A stretch of 32,000 bases of DNA from contig NC_003450.3 in assembly GCF_000011325.1 (NCBI RefSeq), positions 1,020,001-1,052,000 of the forward strand, in the 5' to 3' direction. Source of the DNA: Corynebacterium glutamicum ATCC 13032 (lineage in GTDB: Bacteria; Actinomycetota; Actinomycetes; Mycobacteriales; Mycobacteriaceae). Position 1 is the stretch's first letter, and every line of letters begins with the position of its first letter. A program made the translations under genes and the position numbers. A model generated the notes under the pieces. It saw only the letters and a program-made list of their open reading frames with translations. It made no database searches and was not told where the DNA came from. Below are positions 18,718 to 26,609 of the stretch, one piece after another.

Positions 18718-19650
18718 TCACAGTGTTGTGAGGTCAGTGTTCGCTCCGCACACAATGACTGCCACTTTTTCATCTGCTGCAGGTTTGTATGCTCCACTGG
18801 TAAGAGAGGCGAGTGCTGCGGCAGCGCCATGCTCGGCAGGGATGCGGTAGTTGTCCCAGAGGTGGCGTCGAGCTGCGATGATTGCTTCATCGTCCACTAG
18901 GACGCCTATTGGGGGATGGGCAGTTGCGATGTCAAAGGCTTCTCGTCCAATTTGGCGAGCCCCCAAAGAATCTGCCGCGATACCAGAAACGTTCACATCG
19001 ACTGGTTGGCCGGCAATGAGTGAGTTGTGCAGGGTTGGAATTTTGGAGGGTTCAACGGCCACCACTTTGATGTCGTGGGCTGCTACGACGGCTGCGATTC
19101 CTGCATAGAGTCCACCGCCACCGACAGCAACCACGATGGTGTCAACGTCGGGAAGATCTTCGACAATTTCTAGCCCAATGACGCCTGCTCCAGCTGCGAT
19201 GTCGGGCTGGTCGTAGGCGTGGCAAAACAGAGCACCAGTTTCCGACTCAAAGGTTTGAGCTGCCTCAAATGCTTCCGCATATTCAGATCCGATTTGTTGC
19301 ACGGTTGCACCGTATTGCTTGAGGCGATCAACTTTTACTTGTGGGGCAGTTTCGGGCACCAATACCGTGGCGGGAACGCTTAAGGATGCTGCGGCAAAAG
19401 CATTTGCGAGTCCTGCGTTTCCGCCTGATGCCGCGACGATGCCAACCGTTGGGTCGAGTAGTCCGTTTTCCGAAGCTGCGAGCTGGCGGTTGAATGCTCC
19501 ACGCGTTTTGAACACGCCGCACTTTTGGAGGAACTCTGCTTTGATCCAGATTTGTGTGCCGTCGATGGGGTCTGCTTCGAAAAGTGGCGTTCGTCGAACA
19601 TGAGGGGCGGTTCGTTGTTGGGCGGTGATGACATCGTTGAGGGTGAGCAT
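18718..19650 (-). CDS. tdcB: PLP-dependent threonine/serine dehydratase
   Basis: 310 aa of the PALP fold. PLP-lysine motif FKTRGAFN, glycine loop VAASGGNAG, VAVGGGGL. Confidence 0.8.
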   Translation of the reverse strand: MLTLNDVITAQQRTAPHVRRTPLFEADPIDGTQIWIKAEFLQKCGVFKTRGAFNRQLAASENGLLDPTVGIVAASGGNAGLANAFAAASLSVPATVLVPETAPQVKVDRLKQYGATVQQIGSEYAEAFEAAQTFESETGALFCHAYDQPDIAAGAGVIGLEIVEDLPDVDTIVVAVGGGGLYAGIAAVVAAHDIKVVAVEPSKIPTLHNSLIAGQPVDVNVSGIAADSLGARQIGREAFDIATAHPPIGVLVDDEAIIAARRHLWDNYRIPAEHGAAAALASLTSGAYKPAADEKVAVIVCGANTDLTTL

Positions 19651-19782
19651 GCCTGTGTTTTCTAGAACTCGATGAAAATGAACATTATTATGAACGTGAG
19701 GTTCAATTTGCTAAACGGCTTGGGTGAGTGCAAGCAGAATTTCTGGGCACAGATGAATTGGCGGAAAGGAACGTAGACTGTC

Positions 19783-20328
19783 ATGCCTGCAATTGAACTT
19801 CCAGAACCTAACGAACCGGTTCCAGCTGGTGATTTCATTGCCGATCCAGATGCCACAATGCATTACTTTGCAGTGGACCGTTCCGGATCCCTTCAATGGG
19901 AGCAAGGCTCATTTAGCTACTTCGACGTGGAAGCGCACATCGTTGAGTTGATTCCTGCATCAGTAAGCGATGCGTTTTAGGCACATCTGCGATCCGTGGG
20001 CGTGTCCTACATCATCGCCGGCGATGAGCAGCTGGATATGGCAGAAGCCGTTCGCAAAATTGGGGAGACCTTTAAAACTGAGGAAATTATCCTTGGTGGC
20101 GGAGGAACCCTGAACTGGTCCATGCTCCGCGACGGTTTGTGCGACGAGGTTAGCATCGTGATGATGCCAATCGCCGATGGTGAAAAGCACACCCACTCTT
20201 TGTTCGAAGCCGATGAAAAATACTCAGCACCGTTGCCGATCGGTTTTTCACTCGCCAGCGTTGAACCACTAGAAGATGGAAGCGTTTGGATGCGTTACGG
20301 GGTCAATGGCCCAGTGGACGCGAACTAG
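19783..20328 (+). pseudogene. RibD_C-like (pyrimidine reductase/DHFR-fold) gene interrupted by an in-frame TAG
   Basis: The two track ORFs (19783-19980 and 19996-20328) are in the same frame, separated only by TAG 19978-19980. The downstream part has GGGGTLNWSMLRDGLCDEVSIVMMPI, typical of the RibD C-terminal domain. The N-terminal part looks shortened. Confidence 0.55.
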
Positions 20329-20370
20329 GTAGCAAATACTCGCTCTTTAGGTGAGAGAGCTAGGCGAGTT

Positions 20371-20408
20371 AAGGCCCGACCCCTATTTTCCAGGGATCGG
20401 GCCTTTTC
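20371..20408 (+). terminator. Rho-independent terminator after the RibD_C-like relic
   Basis: AAGGCCCGACCCC-tattttcca-GGGATCGGGCCTT followed by TTTT. Confidence 0.65.
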
Positions 20409-20493
20409 TAAGTTTGAGTAGCCTGGGGGTATTTTCGGTAGCGTATAAGTCCCACGACATATTTAAATACGGAGTCTTTAGGAGATTAAGAAG

Positions 20494-20685
20494 ATGGATA
20501 AGGTCAAATTCTTTCGCTCCCGGGACAACAAAAATATTGCGGGCGTGTGCGCGGGAGTCGCGAAGTATTACGACCTCGACGCGGATACAGTGCGCTACTG
20601 GTACGTTTTTGCTCATTTCTTTGGTGTTCCGATGTTCTCGGTTTATCTAATTCAATGGCTAATTTATCCCCAGGAGGAGAGTTAG
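20494..20685 (+). CDS. PspC-domain small membrane protein
   Basis: 63 aa. FFRSRDNKNIAGVCAGVAKYYDLDADTVRYWYV matches the PspC domain pattern and is followed by one TM helix. AGGAG lies 9 nt upstream. Confidence 0.75.
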   Translation: MDKVKFFRSRDNKNIAGVCAGVAKYYDLDADTVRYWYVFAHFFGVPMFSVYLIQWLIYPQEES

Positions 20686-20873
20686 CGCAGCGACCTGCTC
20701 GCAAAGTTGCTGAACCGATGGGGGAGATCCCAGAGGCATAGAAGGGTTTAGGCGCGCCGACGCGCTGAGGTCCGGAGGTGGGCGTCGAAAAGCAAAATGC
20801 TTTCAAAAGGCCTATGGCTGAATTAGTCTCTTGCAATACTTCGCATCTGGAATGTAACATCATTTCGAAGATA

Positions 20874-20892
20874 TGAGGTTAGCGTAACCTAC
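20874..20892. promoter_or_regulatory. DtxR operator in the ripA promoter
   Basis: TGAGGTTAGCGTAACCTAC matches the DtxR consensus TTAGGTTAGCCTAACCTAA at 16 of 19 positions. It sits 33 nt upstream of the ripA ATG. Confidence 0.75.
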
Positions 20893-20924
20893 ATTGTGAA
20901 ATTTGCTTGTAGTGAGGATGAGAT

Positions 20925-21920
20925 ATGAGTTCTGCCAGCTTGTTGTGGTGCCATTCCGGTGTGTCAACAGTTCGTTTTGGCGAGAGAATTTTCACTCTCG
21001 TCGCAGGCGACCTGCTGTTCGCGCCTGAGGAAGCCCAGGTTGCCGATGATTCTCAAGGACTTGTTCTCAACATCCGCTTTGAGACCCTCAACATCATGGG
21101 ACCTGCGCGTCGCATCCACCTGGGTCACGTGTGGAATGATCGCCTGACCTTTGAATACAGTCGCTCGCTGTTCGGTAAAGAGACCCTGTCGCCAGACATC
21201 GCGCGCCTGTTCACCGACCGCGTTCCCACCCCTCCGCTGCCAGCTCCGCGTAAAGCGCGCGCAGTGGCGCAGGTGCTGGTGTCCAACCCTGCGGATCAGA
21301 CCAGTTTGGAAGAATTTGCGGAGATCCAAGGCGTTTCGGCGCGTACTTTGCAGCGCCAGTTCCTCAAATCCACGGGCTATTCATTCAGCGAATGGCGTGC
21401 TGCGCAGCGCGTCTGCGTCGCCGCGAGCCTGCTGGCCCACGACTTCAGCATTTCAGTGGTTGCGAACCTCGTCGGGTTCGCCGCGACCAGCAGCTTGACC
21501 AGAGCTTTTCGACGCCACACCGGTGCAACTCCGTCCACCTTTACTACTGGACAGATCGGCATGGGCTCCGCAGGTCACCCACCACGCATCCCAGCAACCA
21601 CCACGTTTGCCGAAGCGCATCAGGACCAGCAGCTGTGGATTTACAGCGGAACCGCAACCGTCACCACCCCCGGCTACTGCCGATTCATGGGACAAGGTGA
21701 CATGGTGACCATCCCTGCCGGCACCCAAACCCGCATTGACGTGGCAGCCGGATCCATCGCATTCCCAGTCCCAGTTGGACTCGACGAATGGGGAATGGAC
21801 CTAACCCGCGTCGTGGCTGTTAATAACCAGCAGCCAAAGCCACTGACCATTTTGGAACAGTCTGAATGGTCCAAGCTCAGCGAAGAACTTCTGAACACTC
21901 CTGTACCTGTACAAATGTGA
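20925..21920 (+). CDS. ripA: AraC-type regulator of iron proteins RipA
   Basis: 331 aa with a central AraC HTH pair ([20 protein letters not shown]...; [28 protein letters not shown]). The DtxR box upstream and the genomic context match ripA. Confidence 0.9.
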   Translation: MSSASLLWCHSGVSTVRFGERIFTLVAGDLLFAPEEAQVADDSQGLVLNIRFETLNIMGPARRIHLGHVWNDRLTFEYSRSLFGKETLSPDIARLFTDRVPTPPLPAPRKARAVAQVLVSNPADQTSLEEFAEIQGVSARTLQRQFLKSTGYSFSEWRAAQRVCVAASLLAHDFSISVVANLVGFAATSSLTRAFRRHTGATPSTFTTGQIGMGSAGHPPRIPATTTFAEAHQDQQLWIYSGTATVTTPGYCRFMGQGDMVTIPAGTQTRIDVAAGSIAFPVPVGLDEWGMDLTRVVAVNNQQPKPLTILEQSEWSKLSEELLNTPVPVQM

Positions 21921-21940
21921 AGGTAGTAAAGGTGTGAAAA

Positions 21941-21962
21941 TAGTTCCTCACGTGGGGAACTA
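21941..21962 (+). terminator. Weak hairpin after ripA
   Basis: TAGTTCC-tcacgtgg-GGAACTA, a 7-bp stem with no T-tract. Confidence 0.3.
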
Positions 21963-22026
21963 TACTGATCCTTGATGCGTTAACTTGATTGACGACGAAA
22001 AATCAATTGAAAGGATCGGGGACTCC

Positions 22027-22845
22027 GTGCGAAGCAGCAATCCCGTTTTTAGTTCCCTTAAGGAAACTCAACGTCCACAAGGCCAGAACCCATACGGTGG
22101 TTACGACAACTTCGGTGGTGTCTACCAGCAAAACGTAGCTCCACAGAAGGCGGAGCGCCCAATGACTGTGGATGATGTGATCACCAAGACTGGTATCACT
22201 CTCGCGGTTATTATCGTTTTTGCATTGGTCACCTTTGGCGTGTGGTTGGTTAGCCCCGGCCTCGGAATGATCTTGACCCTTGTTGGTGCCATCGGTGGTT
22301 TCATCACCGTTCTGGTCAGCACCTTCGGCAAGAAGTACGGATCTGCGGCAGTCACTTTGATTTACGCAGTATTCGAAGGCCTCTTCGTCGGCGGAATTTC
22401 CCTTCTGCTGTCCGGCTTCACAGTTGGTAACGCCAACGCAGGTGGCCTCATTGGCCAGGCAGTCCTTGGCACCATCGGTGTATTCATTGGCATGCTGTTT
22501 GTATACAAGACTGGCGCTATCAAGGTCACTCCTAAGTTCAACCGCATCCTCACCGGCATGATGGTTGGCGTCCTGGTTCTTGTCCTGGGCAACGTTGTAT
22601 GGGCACTGTTCACTGGTGGCGCAAGCCCACTGCGTGACGGTGGAATCATCGCGATTATCTTCTCCCTCTTCTGCATCGGCCTGGCAGCATTCAGCTTCCT
22701 CTCCGACTTCGATGCAGCTGACCGCCTCGTCCGCGAAGGTGCACCTTCCAAGATGGCATGGGGCGTTGCGCTTGGTCTTGCAGTGACCTTGGTCTGGCTC
22801 TACACCGAAATCCTACGTCTGCTTAGCTACTTCCAAAACCGCTAG
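22027..22845 (+). CDS. Bax inhibitor-1/YccA-family membrane protein
   Basis: The N-terminus (V)RSSNPVFSS, a Gln/Gly/Tyr-rich linker and 7 predicted TM helices are typical of actinobacterial BI-1/YccA proteins. GTG 22027 has AAAGGA 12 nt upstream. The track start 21985 is probably too early. Confidence 0.78.
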   Translation: MRSSNPVFSSLKETQRPQGQNPYGGYDNFGGVYQQNVAPQKAERPMTVDDVITKTGITLAVIIVFALVTFGVWLVSPGLGMILTLVGAIGGFITVLVSTFGKKYGSAAVTLIYAVFEGLFVGGISLLLSGFTVGNANAGGLIGQAVLGTIGVFIGMLFVYKTGAIKVTPKFNRILTGMMVGVLVLVLGNVVWALFTGGASPLRDGGIIAIIFSLFCIGLAAFSFLSDFDAADRLVREGAPSKMAWGVALGLAVTLVWLYTEILRLLSYFQNR

Positions 22846-22857
22846 TTTACGCAGCAC

Positions 22858-22904
22858 AAGACCCCTTCATCCTGTTCTTCTTGGGCAGGGAAGGGGTCTT
22901 TTGG
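22858..22904 (+). terminator. Rho-independent terminator of the BI-1-like gene
   Basis: AAGACCCCTTC...GAAGGGGTCTT, an 11-bp perfect stem running into TTTT. Confidence 0.7.
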
Positions 22905-22992
22905 CTTCTGATGGGGGCTCTGTGAGCATGGGGCGGGGTGAGTTCTTGGGCACCTGTCATATCCAAACCAAAGACGTGCGTTGTGGAGGGCT

Positions 22993-23047
22993 CTTTGGTC
23001 TCAAACGCACACTTCAACGCGCGATAAATGTGCGTTTGAGACCAAAG
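22993..23047. repeat. Perfect 19-bp inverted repeat with 17-nt loop
   Basis: CTTTGGTCTCAAACGCACA (22993-23011) and TGTGCGTTTGAGACCAAAG (23029-23047). The flanks carry related CCAAAG/CTTTGG and TTTGAGGC motifs. Confidence 0.85.
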
Positions 23048-23236
23048 CGAGCTCGATTTTTGAGGCTCCTTGGTTCGAATATGCAGTTCGGCGGTGGGAC
23101 CCAATAAAAACTGCCACGGCGCCCAAAGAAAATGGCTTCTCAGAATCGCCTGTGGCCGTCTCAAACTGTCATTGCCATACGCGAACTCATGGACACAATT
23201 TAAACTTCTTAAATAGCCTCCAGGAGAAGACAACAA

Positions 23237-23273
23237 AAGGCCCCTATTTCCTAAAACAGGAAGTAGGGGCCTT
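23237..23273 (-). terminator. Terminator hairpin of the lipoprotein gene
   Basis: AAGGCCCCTATTTCCT-aaaac-AGGAAGTAGGGGCCTT, 16 bp with one mismatch. The sequence following on the minus strand is T-rich (TTGTTGTCTTCT). Confidence 0.6.
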
Positions 23274-23294
23274 ACGCTCTCTAATTATGGAGGA

Positions 23295-23747
23295 TTAGAG
23301 GAAGAGAACCTGTCCATCGACGGTGACCTGAGTGAACACTAGGCCTTGGGAAGACTCGGTGGGGAAGGAAAGCTTCACCTCAATATCTTCGGTTTCGGTC
23401 TCTTGACCATTTGCAGCGGTTACGATGCGGGTACCGGTTCCAGTTGCGGAATCAGTATCCCATTCGCTCCAAGAAATATCCGTGAGCCGATCAATATCCA
23501 TTGCACAGTTTAGTGAGATTTCAGCAGGTTGCTGAGTTGGTGCGGCTACGCAATCAATGTAGCCAGGCGCATCCTCATCTGTAGTAGCAGTTGAGGTCGC
23601 GGAAACGTTCTTCGAAGGTAAAGAAACGCCAGTTGCCGTTGGCACCTTCAGTTCAGAATCAATCTCATTAGGGGAACACGCAACCAGTGCGACTGCCGCC
23701 AGGGCTGTGGTAGCAGAAACGAAGAACTTACGTGAAAGAGTTGTCAT
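23295..23747 (-). CDS. Putative secreted lipoprotein
   Basis: 150 aa. The signal peptide ends in the lipobox LVAC, followed by SPNE. No recognisable catalytic motifs. Confidence 0.72.
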   Translation of the reverse strand: MTTLSRKFFVSATTALAAVALVACSPNEIDSELKVPTATGVSLPSKNVSATSTATTDEDAPGYIDCVAAPTQQPAEISLNCAMDIDRLTDISWSEWDTDSATGTGTRIVTAANGQETETEDIEVKLSFPTESSQGLVFTQVTVDGQVLFL

Positions 23748-23770
23748 TTTGAAGACTTTTAAATCCTTGG

Positions 23771-24295
23771 TTAGTTTTTGCCGCGGAGTGTCGCGGCTTT
23801 TGCTGAGTTGTATGGTTCTGCAGAAACAACAGTTACGGAGATAACGGAACCATTTGGAGCGGTGTACTGACGGGTGTCGCCTTCCTGAGCTCCGAGAATT
23901 GCAGCGCCGAGTGGGGACTGCTCAGAGTAGGTCTCAAGATCTGGGTTCTCGGAAGCGCCAGCACGGGTACCGATGAGGAAGGTTTCCTTGTCGTTCTCGT
24001 CGCCGTCGTAGTAGACGTGAACAACGGAGCCAACGTTTGCGACACCTTCGATGATGCCTTCGCGCTCAGTGGTGGAGTTGGCCAGCAGCTCAGAGATCTG
24101 CTTGATGCGGGCCTCTTCCTGGTCCTGCATTTCACGAGCGGCGTCATAGCCAGCGTTTTCCTTGAGGTCGCCTTCTTCACGGCGCTCATTGATTTCCGCA
24201 GCAACTGCAGGGCGGTGTGCGATGAGGGCGTTGAGCTCTTCCTCCAGCTTGGCCTTGGTTTCTGGGGTGATGTATTGCTTATCTACACTTGCCAT
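23771..24295 (-). CDS. greA: Transcription elongation factor GreA
   Basis: 174 aa: an N-terminal coiled-coil (TPETKAKLEEELNALI...GDLKENAGYDAAREMQ) and a C-terminal FKBP-like domain. Confidence 0.95.
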   Translation of the reverse strand: MASVDKQYITPETKAKLEEELNALIAHRPAVAAEINERREEGDLKENAGYDAAREMQDQEEARIKQISELLANSTTEREGIIEGVANVGSVVHVYYDGDENDKETFLIGTRAGASENPDLETYSEQSPLGAAILGAQEGDTRQYTAPNGSVISVTVVSAEPYNSAKAATLRGKN

Positions 24296-24362
24296 AATTA
24301 CTTACCCTCCTGGGGAACAGTAGAGGTGGATCATCGGCTAACTAGCGACTTGAGCCATAAGA

Positions 24363-24386
24363 TTGGCCCCGGTTTTCCGGGGCCAA
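24363..24386 (-). terminator. Perfect 10-bp GC-rich hairpin between the DUF4307 gene and greA
   Basis: TTGGCCCCGG-tttt-CCGGGGCCAA. It is symmetric, so it could act on either strand. The T-tract is poor. Confidence 0.45.
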
Positions 24387-24473
24387 GATGTATGAGCTTT
24401 TGCGTTAACTATTAACCGACAATGTCAACGTACGTTTCTGCTGCAGATTTTAGCACAGCAAAATTTTCTAGTT

Positions 24474-24959
24474 TTACAGGTTCATATGTGATGGGATCAC
24501 GGTTGAACAACCGTAAACACCACCGGAAACTGCTGGTTCGCGGGTGGGGATCAGCGTGGAGATACGCACCGTTGAGTGGTCGCTGGGCTCCACAAGCACT
24601 TCTCGACGCCCGACTTCTGCGTGCGAGTAGTCCTTTGCGGTCACGATGCAGTAGGCGACTTGGCTTGGGTCATCGCGGGTGACGTCAACTTCAAAGCGGA
24701 AGGTGTCGTCGTCGATGCGTTCAAATGAACCCATTTGGCCGGACACTGTTTGTGCATCGCGGTTTTTGAGGAAGTTTGCGCCAACAATCACAATGGCGAT
24801 CACCAGCAGCACGCCAATGACTGCGATGATTTTTCCGCTGATGTTCCTGCCTGCAGCAGCTTCCGGGCGAGGCGAATTGTATCGGCTAGCCGGACGTTGG
24901 GTGTTTGGAATGTTCGAAGCGCCTGATGCGTTGGATGGAGAGTTGGAATTTGTACTCAT
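24474..24959 (-). CDS. DUF4307-family membrane protein
   Basis: 161 aa. One TM helix, then FEVDVTRDDPSQVAYCIVTAKDYSHAEVGRREVLV, which is DUF4307-like. Occupies the Rv1081c-like position between greA and mca. Confidence 0.78.
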   Translation of the reverse strand: MSTNSNSPSNASGASNIPNTQRPASRYNSPRPEAAAGRNISGKIIAVIGVLLVIAIVIVGANFLKNRDAQTVSGQMGSFERIDDDTFRFEVDVTRDDPSQVAYCIVTAKDYSHAEVGRREVLVEPSDHSTVRISTLIPTREPAVSGGVYGCSTVIPSHMNL

Positions 24960-25148
24960 GATGGAAGTCTGTCTGCATCCTCTTCAAAGCCGAATCGAGT
25001 TGGTCACCTATACATCTTAGTCACCTCAGGAAAAACTGTTAACCGAGGTCATCCAAGGGGTAAATAGGTATGACGGCGGAAACGACTATCATGAATGCAA
25101 TACACATCAACTAAACCCTGCGGAAGCATATAAAGCTTCAAGGAAAGG

Positions 25149-26033
25149 ATGAAACACGTGAGTGGTCTACGCCTAATGGCGATCCACGCCCACCCTGACG
25201 ACGAGTCAAGCAAGGGCGCAGCAACCATGGCGCGCTATGCAGCTGAGGGCAATCAAGTAATGGTTGTTACCTGCACTGGTGGTGAGCGTGGAGACATTCT
25301 CAACCCTGCTATGGATAAGCCAGGAATCCTGGACAATATTTTTGCTGTGCGTCAGGAAGAGATGGCGAAGGCCATGGAAATTCTTGGCACTGAGCACAGA
25401 TGGCTAGGTTATGAGGACTCTGGGCTGCCCCAAGGTGATCCTTTGCCTCCTCTGCCTGAGGGCTGTTTTGCTTTAGAAGACTCGGATAAAGTCACCCAAG
25501 ATTTAGTGAAGATTCTGCGCGAGTTCCGCCCACACGTCATCATTACCTATGATGAGAACGGCGGTTACCCACACCCGGATCACCTCAAGGTTCATGAGGT
25601 GTCGATGCTTGCATGGGAGAAGTCCGGCGATGCAGCGTATGCACCTGAGTTGGGCGCACCGTGGGAGCCACTGAAGCTTTATTACACCCACGGCTTTATC
25701 CGTCAGCGCATGGAAATGTTCCATGATCTGCTCATTGAACAGGGCAAGCCCAGCCCATACACCCCGATGCTTGAGCGTTGGAAGGCAAATGAGGCTGATG
25801 TGATGGCTCGAGTTACCACTCAGGTTCCTTGTGAGCGCTTCTTTGATCAGCGTGATGACGCCCTGCGTGCGCACGCAACTCAGATTGATCCTGCGGGTGC
25901 TTTCTTTGGAACTCCCGTTGAGGTGCAGCGTCGCCTGTGGCCGACTGAAGAGTTCGAATTAGCTAAAACTCGTGTGAAGACGTCGATCCCAGAAGATGAC
26001 CTGTTTGCCGGAATCACACCCGATGCAGAATAA
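25149..26033 (+). CDS. mca: Mycothiol S-conjugate amidase (LmbE/MshB family)
   Basis: AIHAHPDDES zinc motif and HPDH. greA-DUF4307-mca synteny as in mycobacteria. The start could instead be GTG 25167. Confidence 0.88.
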   Translation: MKHVSGLRLMAIHAHPDDESSKGAATMARYAAEGNQVMVVTCTGGERGDILNPAMDKPGILDNIFAVRQEEMAKAMEILGTEHRWLGYEDSGLPQGDPLPPLPEGCFALEDSDKVTQDLVKILREFRPHVIITYDENGGYPHPDHLKVHEVSMLAWEKSGDAAYAPELGAPWEPLKLYYTHGFIRQRMEMFHDLLIEQGKPSPYTPMLERWKANEADVMARVTTQVPCERFFDQRDDALRAHATQIDPAGAFFGTPVEVQRRLWPTEEFELAKTRVKTSIPEDDLFAGITPDAE

Positions 26034-26072
26034 TGCAGTTAGACCACATCCTTTAGGAAGGACCTTTTCGGC

Positions 26073-26393
26073 GTGATTGACCTCAGCCCTGTATTCAATA
26101 CAGCTGCCGGCGTATACAACGACACCAACGCAATCATCTTGGCTCAGCAGCAGCAAGGTGGACCACTTGGACCTGAGTTTGGAAAGGCCTCGCCGGTTGG
26201 TTTGCTACTGATCGTCGCGATGCTCGTTGCCATTCTTGTTCTCGGCTGGGCGTTCCACCGACGCTGGTCACGGATGAATCGTCGTCGTATTTTCGCAGAG
26301 CGCAACGGCCTTGATCCCTTCGATATTGAGGGTGTTCGCAAGGCAATGGCTGAGGCCGGCTTGAATGAAAAGTCCAAAAAGGGCTTCCTTTAA
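26073..26393 (+). CDS. Hypothetical single-TM membrane protein
   Basis: 106-aa ORF with a GTG start. One hydrophobic helix (VGLLLIVAMLVAILVLGWAF) followed by a basic stretch. No family recognised. Confidence 0.55.
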   Translation: MIDLSPVFNTAAGVYNDTNAIILAQQQQGGPLGPEFGKASPVGLLLIVAMLVAILVLGWAFHRRWSRMNRRRIFAERNGLDPFDIEGVRKAMAEAGLNEKSKKGFL

Positions 26394-26420
26394 AAAGAAA
26401 GTGTGTTAAGGTTCCAAACT

Positions 26421-26498
26421 ATGTTCGCAGCACGATTTTATTTTATGTCCGGCTCCGGGGCCTCCCCGCGTCAGCTGGCCATTAGTTGTGCCACCTAA
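26421..26498 (+). CDS. aroR: Leader peptide of the aromatic amino acid attenuator (aroR)
   Basis: 25-codon sORF MFAARFYFMSGSGASPRQLAISCAT with a Phe-Tyr-Phe run. AAGG lies 9 nt upstream, and a terminator follows directly upstream of aroF. Confidence 0.75.
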   Translation: MFAARFYFMSGSGASPRQLAISCAT

Positions 26499-26520
26499 AA
26501 CGCGAACAGAACCGGAGTCG

Positions 26521-26563
26521 AGCAGCACCTCCCCGCAAGGGTAGAGGGGCTGCTTTTTTGTTT
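26521..26563 (+). terminator. Attenuator terminator upstream of aroF
   Basis: AGCAGCACCTCCCC-gcaa-GGGTAGAGGGGCTGCT followed by TTTTTTGTTT. The upstream segments CCGGCTCCGGGGCCTCCCC and ACCGGAGTCGAG offer alternative pairings. Confidence 0.8.
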
Positions 26564-26609
26564 CCTAAATTCACCCCATCCCATGCATAGCCCTGAAAGG
26601 CAAGAAAAA

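Noticed and set aside
18513-19980. The idea that the unusual tRNA suppresses the in-frame TAG of the nearby RibD_C-like gene.
   Set aside because: Anticodon 5'-UAA-3' pairs with UUA/UUG (Leu) codons, not with UAG. An amber suppressor would need CUA.
18590-20500. A genomic island or prophage remnant integrated at the tRNA.
   Set aside because: There is no integrase, transposase or phage gene, and I found no direct repeat of the tRNA 3' end downstream. The only decay signal is the single split reductase gene.
23068-23082. GGTTCGAAT, resembling a tRNA T-loop, inside the repeat island.
   Set aside because: The flanking bases cannot form a T stem (CTTGG versus ATGCA), and no acceptor or anticodon arm can be drawn. 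It is a coincidental match.
22847-23298. ORFs of 129 aa (minus), 68 aa and 105 aa (plus) in the spacer between the BI-1-like gene and the lipoprotein gene.
   Set aside because: They run through two terminator hairpins and the 19-bp palindrome. They have basic, low-complexity translations, no SD and no recognisable domains. The region is better explained as structured non-coding repeat DNA.
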